Of a stretch of 30,178 nt of DNA, positions 1-8,219 are shown in pieces. The stretch covers positions 1 to 30,178 of the IMG/VR virus record IMGVR_UViG_3300043447_000346. One strand, written 5' to 3'. The stretch comes from a virus (taxonomy: Duplodnaviria; Caudoviricetes). Made by a program: the position numbers and the translations under genes. How positions within the stretch are numbered: position 1 is the stretch's first letter; each line of letters begins with the position of its first letter. The notes under the pieces are model-generated. The model ran no database searches and was not told the origin of the DNA. It saw only the letters and a program-made list of their open reading frames with translations.

Positions 1-40
1 GGTTACGCCGCCCCGCGAGGGGGGGCTAGAGACTGCGAAA
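1..40. other. Possible cos/packaging-initiation region (may be truncated by the window edge)
   Basis: GC-rich non-coding sequence (GGTTACGCCGCCCCGCGAGG...GCTAG) directly upstream of the small terminase gene, where lambda-like phages carry cos. GGTTACG matches the bases flanking lambda cosN. Position-based inference only. Confidence 0.25.
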
Positions 41-73
41 ATTCAGGGCCTTGATTCCGATTCCGGTTGAGAG

Positions 74-586
74 ATGGCGACGCAGGTCGAAATTGCCGAG
101 GCACTCGGTATCTCGGAGCGCTGGCTCCGGCAGAAAATCACGGACGGCGTCATCAAGCCGGCTGCACGAGGTCAGTTCGATCTTGCGACGGTTGCGCGCC
201 AGTACATTGCCAGCCAGGGCGACGACATTGCTCGTTTGAAGGCGGAGAACGCCAGCAAGCAAGCCGAACTCGACCGGATGACGTCGACGCCGAGCGGCAT
301 CGACAAGGCCGACGCTGATGCCCGGCGCGCCGTCGCGATGGCCGAGCGCGCTGAAATGGAGACCGCGTTGATGCGCGGCGACCTCATTCCGTCCGAACAG
401 ATCGCCGACGCGCTCAATGCGGCGGTGCAGACCATGAAATCGCGCGTCCGCGGCGTACCGGCTAAGGTGGCCGCACAACTCGGCGCCCGGGACGCAGCAC
501 ATGCTGAACGGGTGATCCGTGGCGCCATCGACCAAGCGCTCGACGAACTCGCGCGCGTCAACGTCAAAGGCGACGTCGCCGCCTGA
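74..586 (+). CDS. Terminase small subunit (lambda Nu1-like)
   Basis: N-terminal winged HTH (TQVEIAEALGISERWLRQ..DGVI), coiled coil, RGDLIP motif; overlaps the start of the large terminase ORF. Confidence 0.88.
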   Translation: MATQVEIAEALGISERWLRQKITDGVIKPAARGQFDLATVARQYIASQGDDIARLKAENASKQAELDRMTSTPSGIDKADADARRAVAMAERAEMETALMRGDLIPSEQIADALNAAVQTMKSRVRGVPAKVAAQLGARDAAHAERVIRGAIDQALDELARVNVKGDVAA

Positions 587-2582
587 CTGCCTCGATCTGA
601 CGGGTAAGCACCCGTCGCTGGTTCAGATCGTCCGCGACGCGCTAACGCTCTGTGCGCCGCCGCCTGAATTGACAGTCAGTCAGTGGGCCGACCGGCACCG
701 CATGCTGTCGCCCGAGGTCTCATCAGAGCCGGGGCAATGGCGTACCGACCGTGTGCCGTATATGCGCGGCATCATGGATGCGTTCAACGACGCCAGCGTC
801 CGCGAAATCAATGTGCTAAAAGGCACGCAGCTCGCGTACACCGAAAGCCTGTTGAACATCGTCGGCTATTGCATCGACGTCGAGCCGTGCCCGCTCTTGT
901 GGCTGTTGCCGGACCAGAATGCAGTCGAGGAGATCTCGAAGAACCGTCTCGCGCCGATGCTGCGCGATACGCCGCGCTTGCAAGGGAAGGTGAAGGCGCC
1001 ACGCTCGCGCGACAGCGCCAATACCATCGCGACAAAGCAATTTCCCGGCGGGCGGTTGTCGCTTGTCGGATCGCATGCGCCATCTCAACTCGCGTCGCGG
1101 CCGATCCGCGTTGTGATCGAGGACGAGTGCGACCGGTTTGCGATGTCGGCGGGCGCCGAGGGTGATCCATCGGCGCTCGCCGCCAAGCGGCAGGCGTGGT
1201 TCTGGAATCGCAAAACCATTCGCGGTTCGTCGCCCACGATCAAAGGGCGCTCAAAAATCGCCAGCGGCTACGAGGCGAGCGACAAGCGCATGCTGTACGT
1301 GCCGTGCCCGCATTGCGGCGACCGCCAGACGCTGCGCTGGGAGCAAGTCAAGTGGGATAAAGTCAAGGACGCGCGCGGCCGCACGACGTCGCATGATCCA
1401 CTGACGGCTCGCTATCAGTGCGAGCATTGCGGTGAATTGTGGGACGACGCGGATCGCTGGGCTGCGATTGCCGGCGGCGAGTGGCGCGCTACGGCGCCGT
1501 TCCGCGGCAACGCAGGATTTTTTCTGCCGCAGTTCTATTCGACTGTCGTTAAGCTTGAGGCGATGGTCGCGGAGTTTCTTGCGGCGTCCGGTAAGCTGCC
1601 GGGTACGGTCAAAGACGTTGGGAAGCTCAAAGTTTGGACGAATACCGTTCTAGCCGAGTGTTGGGAGGAAGTGGGCGAGGCCGTTGATGGCGCGGAACTC
1701 GCGACACGCGGCGAAGCTTATGGCCCCATGGATCTACCTGATGCCGCGCAATTCACGACGGCCGGTGTCGATGTGCAGGTCAATCGTCTCGAAGTGCAGA
1801 TCGTGGCGTGGGGCCCACTCGAGGAGGCATGGGCTGCCGACTATGTCACGATCTTCGGCAATCCGGCACAGCCGCAGGTGTGGGAAGATCTTGATCGCCT
1901 GTTGCTGGCGCCGCTAGCGACGCGCGGCGGCCGGCCAGTGCGCATCCTGGCGGCGTGTGTGGACACCGGCGGCCATCATGGTCATCAAGTGCACGAATTC
2001 TGCCGTCCGCGGTTCTCGCGCCGCGTGTTCGCGATCAAGGGTGACGACGGGCTGCGACCGGTGTTTCCGAAGCGCCCGAGCCGCACAAAAACGGGCCACT
2101 CGGTCTATATCGTTGGGGTCGACCTAGCCAAGGACACGATCAACAATCGGCTGCGGATCCGCCGCCGTGAGAATGATCTGCCGACGCCGGGCTATATCCA
2201 TTTTCCTGCGCCTTCCGGCGACAAGTGGGGCGCTGACTACTTCGCCCAGCTGACGTCGGAACAAGCCGTGACGCGGTTTCGCGAGGGGCGTGCGGTGCGG
2301 GTGTGGCTGCCGGTGCGCGAGGGCGCCCCGAACGAGGCGCTGGATACATTCGTGTACGCCCTTGCCGCGCGCCAGGCCGTGCCGATCATGCTGAACCGGC
2401 CCTTGCCGACACCAACCGTCGCAGACGAAGCGGTAGACGATACGACGCCAGCTCCGATGCCAGCGGTGATGCCGACCCTGTCGCCACCGCAGGGCTTGTC
2501 GACAGTCGCAGCACCGCTGCGTCCGCGCGCGGTCACGACGCCGAGCCGCATGGAGCGGCTCGCACTCATGCAACGGAGGTAG
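519..2582 (+). CDS. Terminase large subunit (lambda gpA family); exact start uncertain
   Basis: PPELTVSQWAD..R.L, PGQWRT..VPY, Walker A-like LKGTQLAYTE, Walker B VVIEDECD, CPHCG/CEHCG Zn ribbon, GVDVQ nuclease motif, NEALDTFVYA. Confidence 0.96.
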   Translation: MAPSTKRSTNSRASTSKATSPPDCLDLTGKHPSLVQIVRDALTLCAPPPELTVSQWADRHRMLSPEVSSEPGQWRTDRVPYMRGIMDAFNDASVREINVLKGTQLAYTESLLNIVGYCIDVEPCPLLWLLPDQNAVEEISKNRLAPMLRDTPRLQGKVKAPRSRDSANTIATKQFPGGRLSLVGSHAPSQLASRPIRVVIEDECDRFAMSAGAEGDPSALAAKRQAWFWNRKTIRGSSPTIKGRSKIASGYEASDKRMLYVPCPHCGDRQTLRWEQVKWDKVKDARGRTTSHDPLTARYQCEHCGELWDDADRWAAIAGGEWRATAPFRGNAGFFLPQFYSTVVKLEAMVAEFLAASGKLPGTVKDVGKLKVWTNTVLAECWEEVGEAVDGAELATRGEAYGPMDLPDAAQFTTAGVDVQVNRLEVQIVAWGPLEEAWAADYVTIFGNPAQPQVWEDLDRLLLAPLATRGGRPVRILAACVDTGGHHGHQVHEFCRPRFSRRVFAIKGDDGLRPVFPKRPSRTKTGHSVYIVGVDLAKDTINNRLRIRRRENDLPTPGYIHFPAPSGDKWGADYFAQLTSEQAVTRFREGRAVRVWLPVREGAPNEALDTFVYALAARQAVPIMLNRPLPTPTVADEAVDDTTPAPMPAVMPTLSPPQGLSTVAAPLRPRAVTTPSRMERLALMQRR

Positions 2583-2585
2583 GTC

Positions 2586-2846
2586 ATGCCCGACAGTCCC
2601 TGCCTCGCGCGGTTGCGCAGCATCTACGAGGCGATCGAGGCGCGCCAGCTCGGCAAAACCGTATCGAGCGCCGGCGCCAAGGGCCGGAGCGTCTCTTATG
2701 CGTCGAGCAGCCTCGACGATCTCATTCGGTTCTATCGTCAATTGGCCGCGCAGTGTCCCGATTTCGCGGCATCCGATCTGCCGCGTCTCAATGATCCCGC
2801 CGCCTCGACGGTCGAGCGCGGCTGTCTCCGACCGAGGGTCATCTGA
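2586..2846 (+). CDS. Head-tail joining protein, gpW-like
   Basis: 86 aa between terminase and portal; GKTVSS...GRSVSY...LDDLIRF..QL pattern typical of lambda gpW. Confidence 0.8.
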   Translation: MPDSPCLARLRSIYEAIEARQLGKTVSSAGAKGRSVSYASSSLDDLIRFYRQLAAQCPDFAASDLPRLNDPAASTVERGCLRPRVI

Positions 2847-4480
2847 TGGCCGCCGCTTCGCGCGCCGCAGGGCCGCGCACCAGTTACGCTGCTGCCGAAA
2901 CGCGCGGTGGCAACATCGCGCTGTATCGTCCGCATCTGCGTTCCGCTGATGCGGAGGTGTTGCGCGATGCGCCGACTGTTCGTGCTCGCGCTCGCGATCT
3001 CGTGCGCAACAACCCGCACGCACAGCATGCGGTGCGCATCTCGCGCATTGCAGTCGTCGGCGCCGAGCTGCGCTTGCGGCTCAACCCCGACTACAGGTTT
3101 CTCGGCATTGATCGCGTGCATGTCGACGGCTGGGCGCGTGATGTCGAGCGGTTGTGGCGGCAGTACGCGCACGGTCCACATTTCTGGGTCGACGCCGGGC
3201 GGCGGTACACCTTCTCGGATCTGTTCGCGCTGATTCACGATCAGGATTTCATCGACGGCGAGGCGCTCGTCGTCGCCGAGTGGGACGAGGCGCGCCCGAC
3301 CAAGACGTGCTTCCAGGTCATCGACGTCGATCGGCTGTCCAATCCGGTCGGCGTGCCCGAGGGCACCTACTTCAAGGGTGGTGTCGAGATGGATCGTCTC
3401 GGCGCGCCCGTCGCCTACCACATCCGCGACGCTCACCCTGCCGAGTACGGCATCGGGCCGCCGCTCGCGACCGTCACGCACACGCGCGTCGAGCGTGAGA
3501 CGCCGTGGTACCGACCCATCGCCATGCATTCGTTCCAGCCGCTGCGCGCGGGCCAGACGCGCGGCATGAGCGAATTCGCGTCCGCGATTGTCGCGCTCAA
3601 GATGGGCCACGAGTATCAGGAGATGGAGCTGGCGACGGCCAATCTGCAGGCCTCGATTGCCGCCGTCCTGACCACGGCGGCCAACATGCAGCAGGCCGCC
3701 GACATGGTTGGCGAGAAGATCGACGCTGAGACCGGCGAGATCATCACCGGCGCGCAGGCCGCGTTCGAGGACTCGATCAGCTATTACAATTCGCTCGACT
3801 TCACGTTCAATGGCGTCAAGGTGCCGAAGCTGGCGCCCGGCGACAAACTCGACTTGGTCGGCTCTAAACACCCGACCTCGGCCTACGCTGAATTCGTGCG
3901 CAATCAGCTCTACAGCGTGGCCGCCGGCCTCGGTGTCGATCCGATTGCGCTGACGCAGGACTACAGCCGCGCCAACTACGCATCGAACAAGATGTCATTC
4001 GCGCACAATGGCCGCGCCGCCGAGACACGCCGCGCGCGCCTGCTGCGCATGATCGGCATGCCGATGGTCGGTGCCTGGCTCGAGGAAAAGATCGCGGCGG
4101 GCGAGGTCGATATGCCGCTCGGGCTGCACCCCGAGCAGTTCTATAAGGTCAAGGATGCGCTTGTACGCGGCACGTTCATCACGTCGAGCCGTGCCATGAT
4201 CGAGCCGATGAAGGAGCGCCAGGCGCAGCAGCTCGGCCGCGCGCTCGGCGTCGAGACGCTCGAGTCCATGTGCGCCGAGGAGGGCGAGTCGTGGGAGGAT
4301 AATCTCGAGCAGATCGCCCGCGAGAACGCGCGCGCTGCCGAGCTTGGTGTGATGCTGCCGACCATGATGCCGCCACTGATGCCGGCAGCGCCCGTCGCCG
4401 ACGATGACGCGGCCGACGATGATGCACCGGGCCCGAACGATCCACCCGCCGACGATCCGTCGGCCTATGCGGGGCTCTGA
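2846..4480 (+). CDS. Portal protein, lambda family
   Basis: YAAA, RARARDLVRNNPHA, GVEMDRLGAPVAYHI, RAGQTRG, LTQDYSRANYAS motifs; acidic C-terminal tail; TGATG coupling to the gpW-like gene. Confidence 0.96.
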   Translation: MAAASRAAGPRTSYAAAETRGGNIALYRPHLRSADAEVLRDAPTVRARARDLVRNNPHAQHAVRISRIAVVGAELRLRLNPDYRFLGIDRVHVDGWARDVERLWRQYAHGPHFWVDAGRRYTFSDLFALIHDQDFIDGEALVVAEWDEARPTKTCFQVIDVDRLSNPVGVPEGTYFKGGVEMDRLGAPVAYHIRDAHPAEYGIGPPLATVTHTRVERETPWYRPIAMHSFQPLRAGQTRGMSEFASAIVALKMGHEYQEMELATANLQASIAAVLTTAANMQQAADMVGEKIDAETGEIITGAQAAFEDSISYYNSLDFTFNGVKVPKLAPGDKLDLVGSKHPTSAYAEFVRNQLYSVAAGLGVDPIALTQDYSRANYASNKMSFAHNGRAAETRRARLLRMIGMPMVGAWLEEKIAAGEVDMPLGLHPEQFYKVKDALVRGTFITSSRAMIEPMKERQAQQLGRALGVETLESMCAEEGESWEDNLEQIARENARAAELGVMLPTMMPPLMPAAPVADDDAADDDAPGPNDPPADDPSAYAGL

Positions 4481-4482
4481 GC

Positions 4483-5892
4483 ATGGCACGTGTGTTTGCT
4501 TTTGCGCTCGGCGCAACAGGTGCGCTCGGCGCGCTGCTGGCCAGCACGTCGCGGGTGTCCGGTCAGAGTGACAAAGACCCGCTGCAGGCGCAGCACGAGC
4601 GCATCGAGGCCGAAAAGAGAGCTATTCGCGAGCGCGCAGATGCTGATCGTCGCCGACATCAAGCCGATCTTGATCAGGCGCGCGCTGAGAAAGACCGTCA
4701 GGCGCTGACTGGCAAGGGCAAGGATTATCGCGCCGCCGCCGCCGCCGAAAAAGCGGCCGCCGACGAACTCGCCAAGATCGAAGAGCGAGTCACGCGCGAG
4801 CTGTCCGAGGCGACCGCGGTGCAGACGGGCACCGTGATCCTCGCGCAAAAGCGCAATGAGGCGGAGGCTGAGCGAGCCAAGGCCGAGCGTGCGAAAGTCG
4901 AAGCAGACGCAAAATCTGCCGACGCCAGGGCGCGCGGCGAATACCTCAAGCCGGCGCTGCAGGCCGGACTGATGATCGGGCTTGGTGTGGTCGGTGCTGC
5001 ACTCGGGCGCAAGCTCGGCAAGGGCGCGCTCGACCAGGCCAAGGCAACGCTCAGCGCCGTGCGTCAGTTGGGCAAGGACGCGGCGACGATCAACAAATCG
5101 TCAGGCGTGATCGCCAACACACCCGCGGGTGAGACGATGCGCGGCATCGTCAAGGAGGCCAAGGCGCTCGGCGGCAAGGACCTCGCATTCGCAGGGCTCG
5201 GCGCGACGCCACGTGCGGGCAATGTCGTGCAGGGGGTCGTTGCCGCGGAGGGCGCGGTCAATACCGCGCTCGGCCTCGGCGTCGATCGCGTGTTTGGCTT
5301 CGACCTGCTGACGGATGAGAACCGGTCGCGATTGCTGGCGGTCGGCGCCGGCTCGCTCGGTCTCGCCGGCGGCATGAAGCTCGGTCTCGCCGCAACCAAG
5401 GCGCAGGTGCCGCGACCGTCGTCGCGTGCGCTGGCCTCGATCCGCGCCGGCGAGGCGCGGTTGTCACGTGAGATTGCGGGTCGCAGCGGCGCAGAATTGA
5501 CCGCGAAAGCGGCGCGGCGTGCGGCAGTGGCGCAAGCCTCCGCCGTCACCGCACAAGGGCGCGTTGCTGGCCGCCAAGGTCTCGCGGCGCTTGGTGATGT
5601 GCGCATGCAGGGTCGCGTCGGCGTCGCGTCAGCGCGCGCAGCAGGACAAGTCGCAAGCGCGCGTGCGCAAGCCGCGACAGCGGGGATCGCCAAGGCGACC
5701 GCTGGCCGGATACCGCGCGCACCCCGTGCCCTGCCGCCGCCATCGCAGCAGCCGATGCCGATGGTGACGCCACGCGCGGCTGCCCCGGCGGCACAGGCGG
5801 CGGCACGCTCATCCTACGTCAATTCACGGGGCCAGACCGTCTACGGCACGCCCGCCCAGATCGCGCGCTGGAATGCGCAGAAGAAGGGCTGA
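4483..5892 (+). CDS. Hypothetical protein A (469 aa): hydrophobic N-terminus, coiled coil, glycine-zipper segments, conserved C-terminal tag; candidate head-internal/ejection protein
   Basis: Long ORF tightly packed after the portal with GC-rich third positions; ends RSSYVNSRGQTVYGTPAQIARWNAQKKG. Function is inferred. Confidence 0.8.
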   Translation: MARVFAFALGATGALGALLASTSRVSGQSDKDPLQAQHERIEAEKRAIRERADADRRRHQADLDQARAEKDRQALTGKGKDYRAAAAAEKAAADELAKIEERVTRELSEATAVQTGTVILAQKRNEAEAERAKAERAKVEADAKSADARARGEYLKPALQAGLMIGLGVVGAALGRKLGKGALDQAKATLSAVRQLGKDAATINKSSGVIANTPAGETMRGIVKEAKALGGKDLAFAGLGATPRAGNVVQGVVAAEGAVNTALGLGVDRVFGFDLLTDENRSRLLAVGAGSLGLAGGMKLGLAATKAQVPRPSSRALASIRAGEARLSREIAGRSGAELTAKAARRAAVAQASAVTAQGRVAGRQGLAALGDVRMQGRVGVASARAAGQVASARAQAATAGIAKATAGRIPRAPRALPPPSQQPMPMVTPRAAAPAAQAAARSSYVNSRGQTVYGTPAQIARWNAQKKG

Positions 5893-5893
5893 G

Positions 5894-7240
5894 ATGGCAA
5901 AAGGACCGTCGCCCGCGTGGCGCGACTTAGCGGCTCAGTACCAGCAGACGACGGGCAATGTGCCCGCCCGACGTATGTCGCAAGCCGCAATGCGGCGCGC
6001 GCTCTCGGTGTCGTCGGAAGCCAAGAGCCCCGCACCAGCACGCGCCCCGCGCGCGGTCGCAACGCCACGCCCAACGGCGCCGAAAACGCCGCGCGTCGAT
6101 CTGTATCAAGCCGCCGCACGCGGTCGCGTCGGGCCGGTCCTGCGCGGCATGCCGGCGGATCGGCTGGCTGCATTGGCCGCACGCACGGGGGCCGTCCTGC
6201 CCGAGGGCGCGACGGCTGCACAGATGCGCAAGGCCGTCGCGGCTAAGGCCTATGATAGCGTCGCGCTCTCGCGCACGGTGGCCGGCTATGCCCCAGGGAC
6301 GGCGCAGCGGGCAGCCGCCGTGTTGGCGCGCGTGCCAGTCACGGCGGCGACGGAAAGCCTCGTCGTGCAGGCAGCCAAGAGCGCGATCGATGTCGGCAAA
6401 TCCGGCGTCATTGGTCTCGCGACTGGCGGCGTTCGTGGTGCGGTGACGGGTGTCGCGACCAGTCTCGGCGGCAAGGGTAAATTCGCGCTTGGCGCGGCCG
6501 CGATTGGGTTCGGGGCTTACGAGGCGCGTGAAGGCTACAAGCTTGATGGCGTGAAGGGCGCCGTTTACGGCGTGCTCGACGGCGCGCTCAACATCGGCTC
6601 GGGCGGCGTGCTTGGATCGACGCCGGTGTCGGGGCCGATGGGCTACGACTACGGCAAGGCGCGCCGCGAGGCCGAAGCCGCTACAAAGTCCGCGCCGCCC
6701 CCGACTGCAGATCCGACCGTGCCGGCTGTGCCGGCGGGAGCGAGCGAATTCCTCGGCCGCAGCCCGCCCGCCGCGCCATCAAGCAGTGTTGCTGCCGGGC
6801 TCAAATTCGCCGGTGCTGGCGTCGCCGCGTCGGTCGCGGGCGTCGGCGCCGAGGCGCTCGGTCGGCGCTTGGCGGCATCGTCGCTGCCGGCCGTGCTGCG
6901 CGTCGCGACGGCGGCGCCGCTGATGGCTGGCGGTCGTCTGACAGCCGCGGCGGGCGCGATGGCCGCCATGGGCGGACTGTTTCATGCCGCGACGCGACCG
7001 GCGTCGGCGGCACCGATGATCTCTGGCGCCACCGCCAGCGCGCCCGCTGACGGCGCATTCATGAACCGCGCGGCGCAGATCGCCGCGCAGACTGCCGCTG
7101 CGCCACGGGCGCCGTCCGCGCCGATCGGTGCGTCGTCGCCGACAGGTTCGGCGCAGCGCTCGAGCTACACCACCGTTGACGGCCGCACCGTCGAGGCGAC
7201 CGAAGCTCAGGCGAAGGCCTGGGCCGGTCGCCGGAATTGA
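5894..7240 (+). CDS. Hypothetical protein B (448 aa), Ala/Gly-rich, conserved C-terminal tag
   Basis: ATG at 5894, 1 nt after the ORF A stop, with AAGAAGGG upstream; ends RSSYTTVDGRTVEATEAQAKAWAGRRN. Confidence 0.8.
   Translation: MAKGPSPAWRDLAAQYQQTTGNVPARRMSQAAMRRALSVSSEAKSPAPARAPRAVATPRPTAPKTPRVDLYQAAARGRVGPVLRGMPADRLAALAARTGAVLPEGATAAQMRKAVAAKAYDSVALSRTVAGYAPGTAQRAAAVLARVPVTAATESLVVQAAKSAIDVGKSGVIGLATGGVRGAVTGVATSLGGKGKFALGAAAIGFGAYEAREGYKLDGVKGAVYGVLDGALNIGSGGVLGSTPVSGPMGYDYGKARREAEAATKSAPPPTADPTVPAVPAGASEFLGRSPPAAPSSSVAAGLKFAGAGVAASVAGVGAEALGRRLAASSLPAVLRVATAAPLMAGGRLTAAAGAMAAMGGLFHAATRPASAAPMISGATASAPADGAFMNRAAQIAAQTAAAPRAPSAPIGASSPTGSAQRSSYTTVDGRTVEATEAQAKAWAGRRN
7016..7240 (+). repeat. 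225-bp direct repeat, copy 1 (3' end of ORF B)
   Basis: Aligns to 7986-8210 with 4 mismatches: 7148 T/8118 C, 7160 T/8130 A, 7234 G/8204 C, 7239 G/8209 A. Confidence 0.97.
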
Positions 7241-7253
7241 GAGAGGACACTGC

Positions 7254-8210
7254 ATGGCTGACAAACCGCGCGATCGTGCGAGCGTTACGGCGCGCCTTGG
7301 TGTCAACGCCGCTATCGGCGGCTCGGTCGGCTACCTCGCGTCGATGCCCAAGGCGCTGTCGATGATCAAGCAGGGCCAGGAAATGGCCCGCGTGCTTGGT
7401 CCGGGTCGCGGCGTCGCGACGATCAAGGCTGGATTTGCAATTTCGGGGAAGGCTGCACTTGCGGGCGCCGCCGTTGGGGCTCTCGCGACGCTGCTTGCCC
7501 CGTCCGCCGCCAATGCAGACGGCAAGCCCAAGCTCAACACTGCGCCCGGCTTGCCGCCACGCGCGGCGCCTAAGAGGGACGCCATCGACAGCATCAACGA
7601 CGCTGTGCAGTTTGTTGGTGGTGCAGCAATGGCAGGCGCGGGAAAAGGCCTGATGGCGTCGCCGTCAAATGTCAAAATGAAGCTCGCAGGCGGCGCGCTT
7701 GTCGCTATCGGTGGTGTCAGCGCTGCTGTTGCTGTTGTCCGTGCCTCGGGCTCCGCCAAGGCGGACGACGGTAAGTCGTCGGCTCTCCCTGATCTGCGTG
7801 CCGGCGATCCGCGTGTCAAAGCCGAAATGCAAAGCAGCTTCGCAGGTGGTGCTCTAGGCGCTGCCGGTGTCGCTGTCGTCGGCCGCGCCATCACTCAGGG
7901 CCGACTTGGACTTGGCCTTGCGGGGGGCGCTGCCATCCTGGCCGGGCTCGGCGTTGTCATCCGCGGACAGTCGCCTGCCGCTCCCATGATCTCTGGCGCC
8001 ACCGCCAGCGCGCCCGCTGACGGCGCATTCATGAACCGCGCGGCGCAGATCGCCGCGCAGACTGCCGCTGCGCCACGGGCGCCGTCCGCGCCGATCGGTG
8101 CGTCGTCGCCGACAGGTCCGGCGCAGCGCACGAGCTACACCACCGTTGACGGCCGCACCGTCGAGGCGACCGAAGCTCAGGCGAAGGCCTGGGCCGGTCG
8201 CCGCAATTAA
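7254..8210 (+). CDS. Hypothetical protein C (318 aa), several glycine-zipper hydrophobic segments, conserved C-terminal tag
   Basis: GAGAGGA RBS then ATG at 7254 (MADKPRDR); last 74 aa nearly identical to protein B. Confidence 0.8.
   Translation: MADKPRDRASVTARLGVNAAIGGSVGYLASMPKALSMIKQGQEMARVLGPGRGVATIKAGFAISGKAALAGAAVGALATLLAPSAANADGKPKLNTAPGLPPRAAPKRDAIDSINDAVQFVGGAAMAGAGKGLMASPSNVKMKLAGGALVAIGGVSAAVAVVRASGSAKADDGKSSALPDLRAGDPRVKAEMQSSFAGGALGAAGVAVVGRAITQGRLGLGLAGGAAILAGLGVVIRGQSPAAPMISGATASAPADGAFMNRAAQIAAQTAAAPRAPSAPIGASSPTGPAQRTSYTTVDGRTVEATEAQAKAWAGRRN
7986..8210 (+). repeat. 225-bp direct repeat, copy 2 (3' end of ORF C)
   Basis: Copy of 7016-7240 at an offset of 970 bp; both copies end exactly at the stop codon. 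Confidence 0.97.
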
Positions 8211-8219
8211 GGACGTTTC

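Noticed and set aside
7016-8210. 225-bp repeat pair as a DGR template/variable repeat
   Set aside because: Only 2 of the 4 mismatches involve adenine (T/C, T/A, G/C, G/A), both copies are coding gene ends, and no reverse transcriptase is present in the window.
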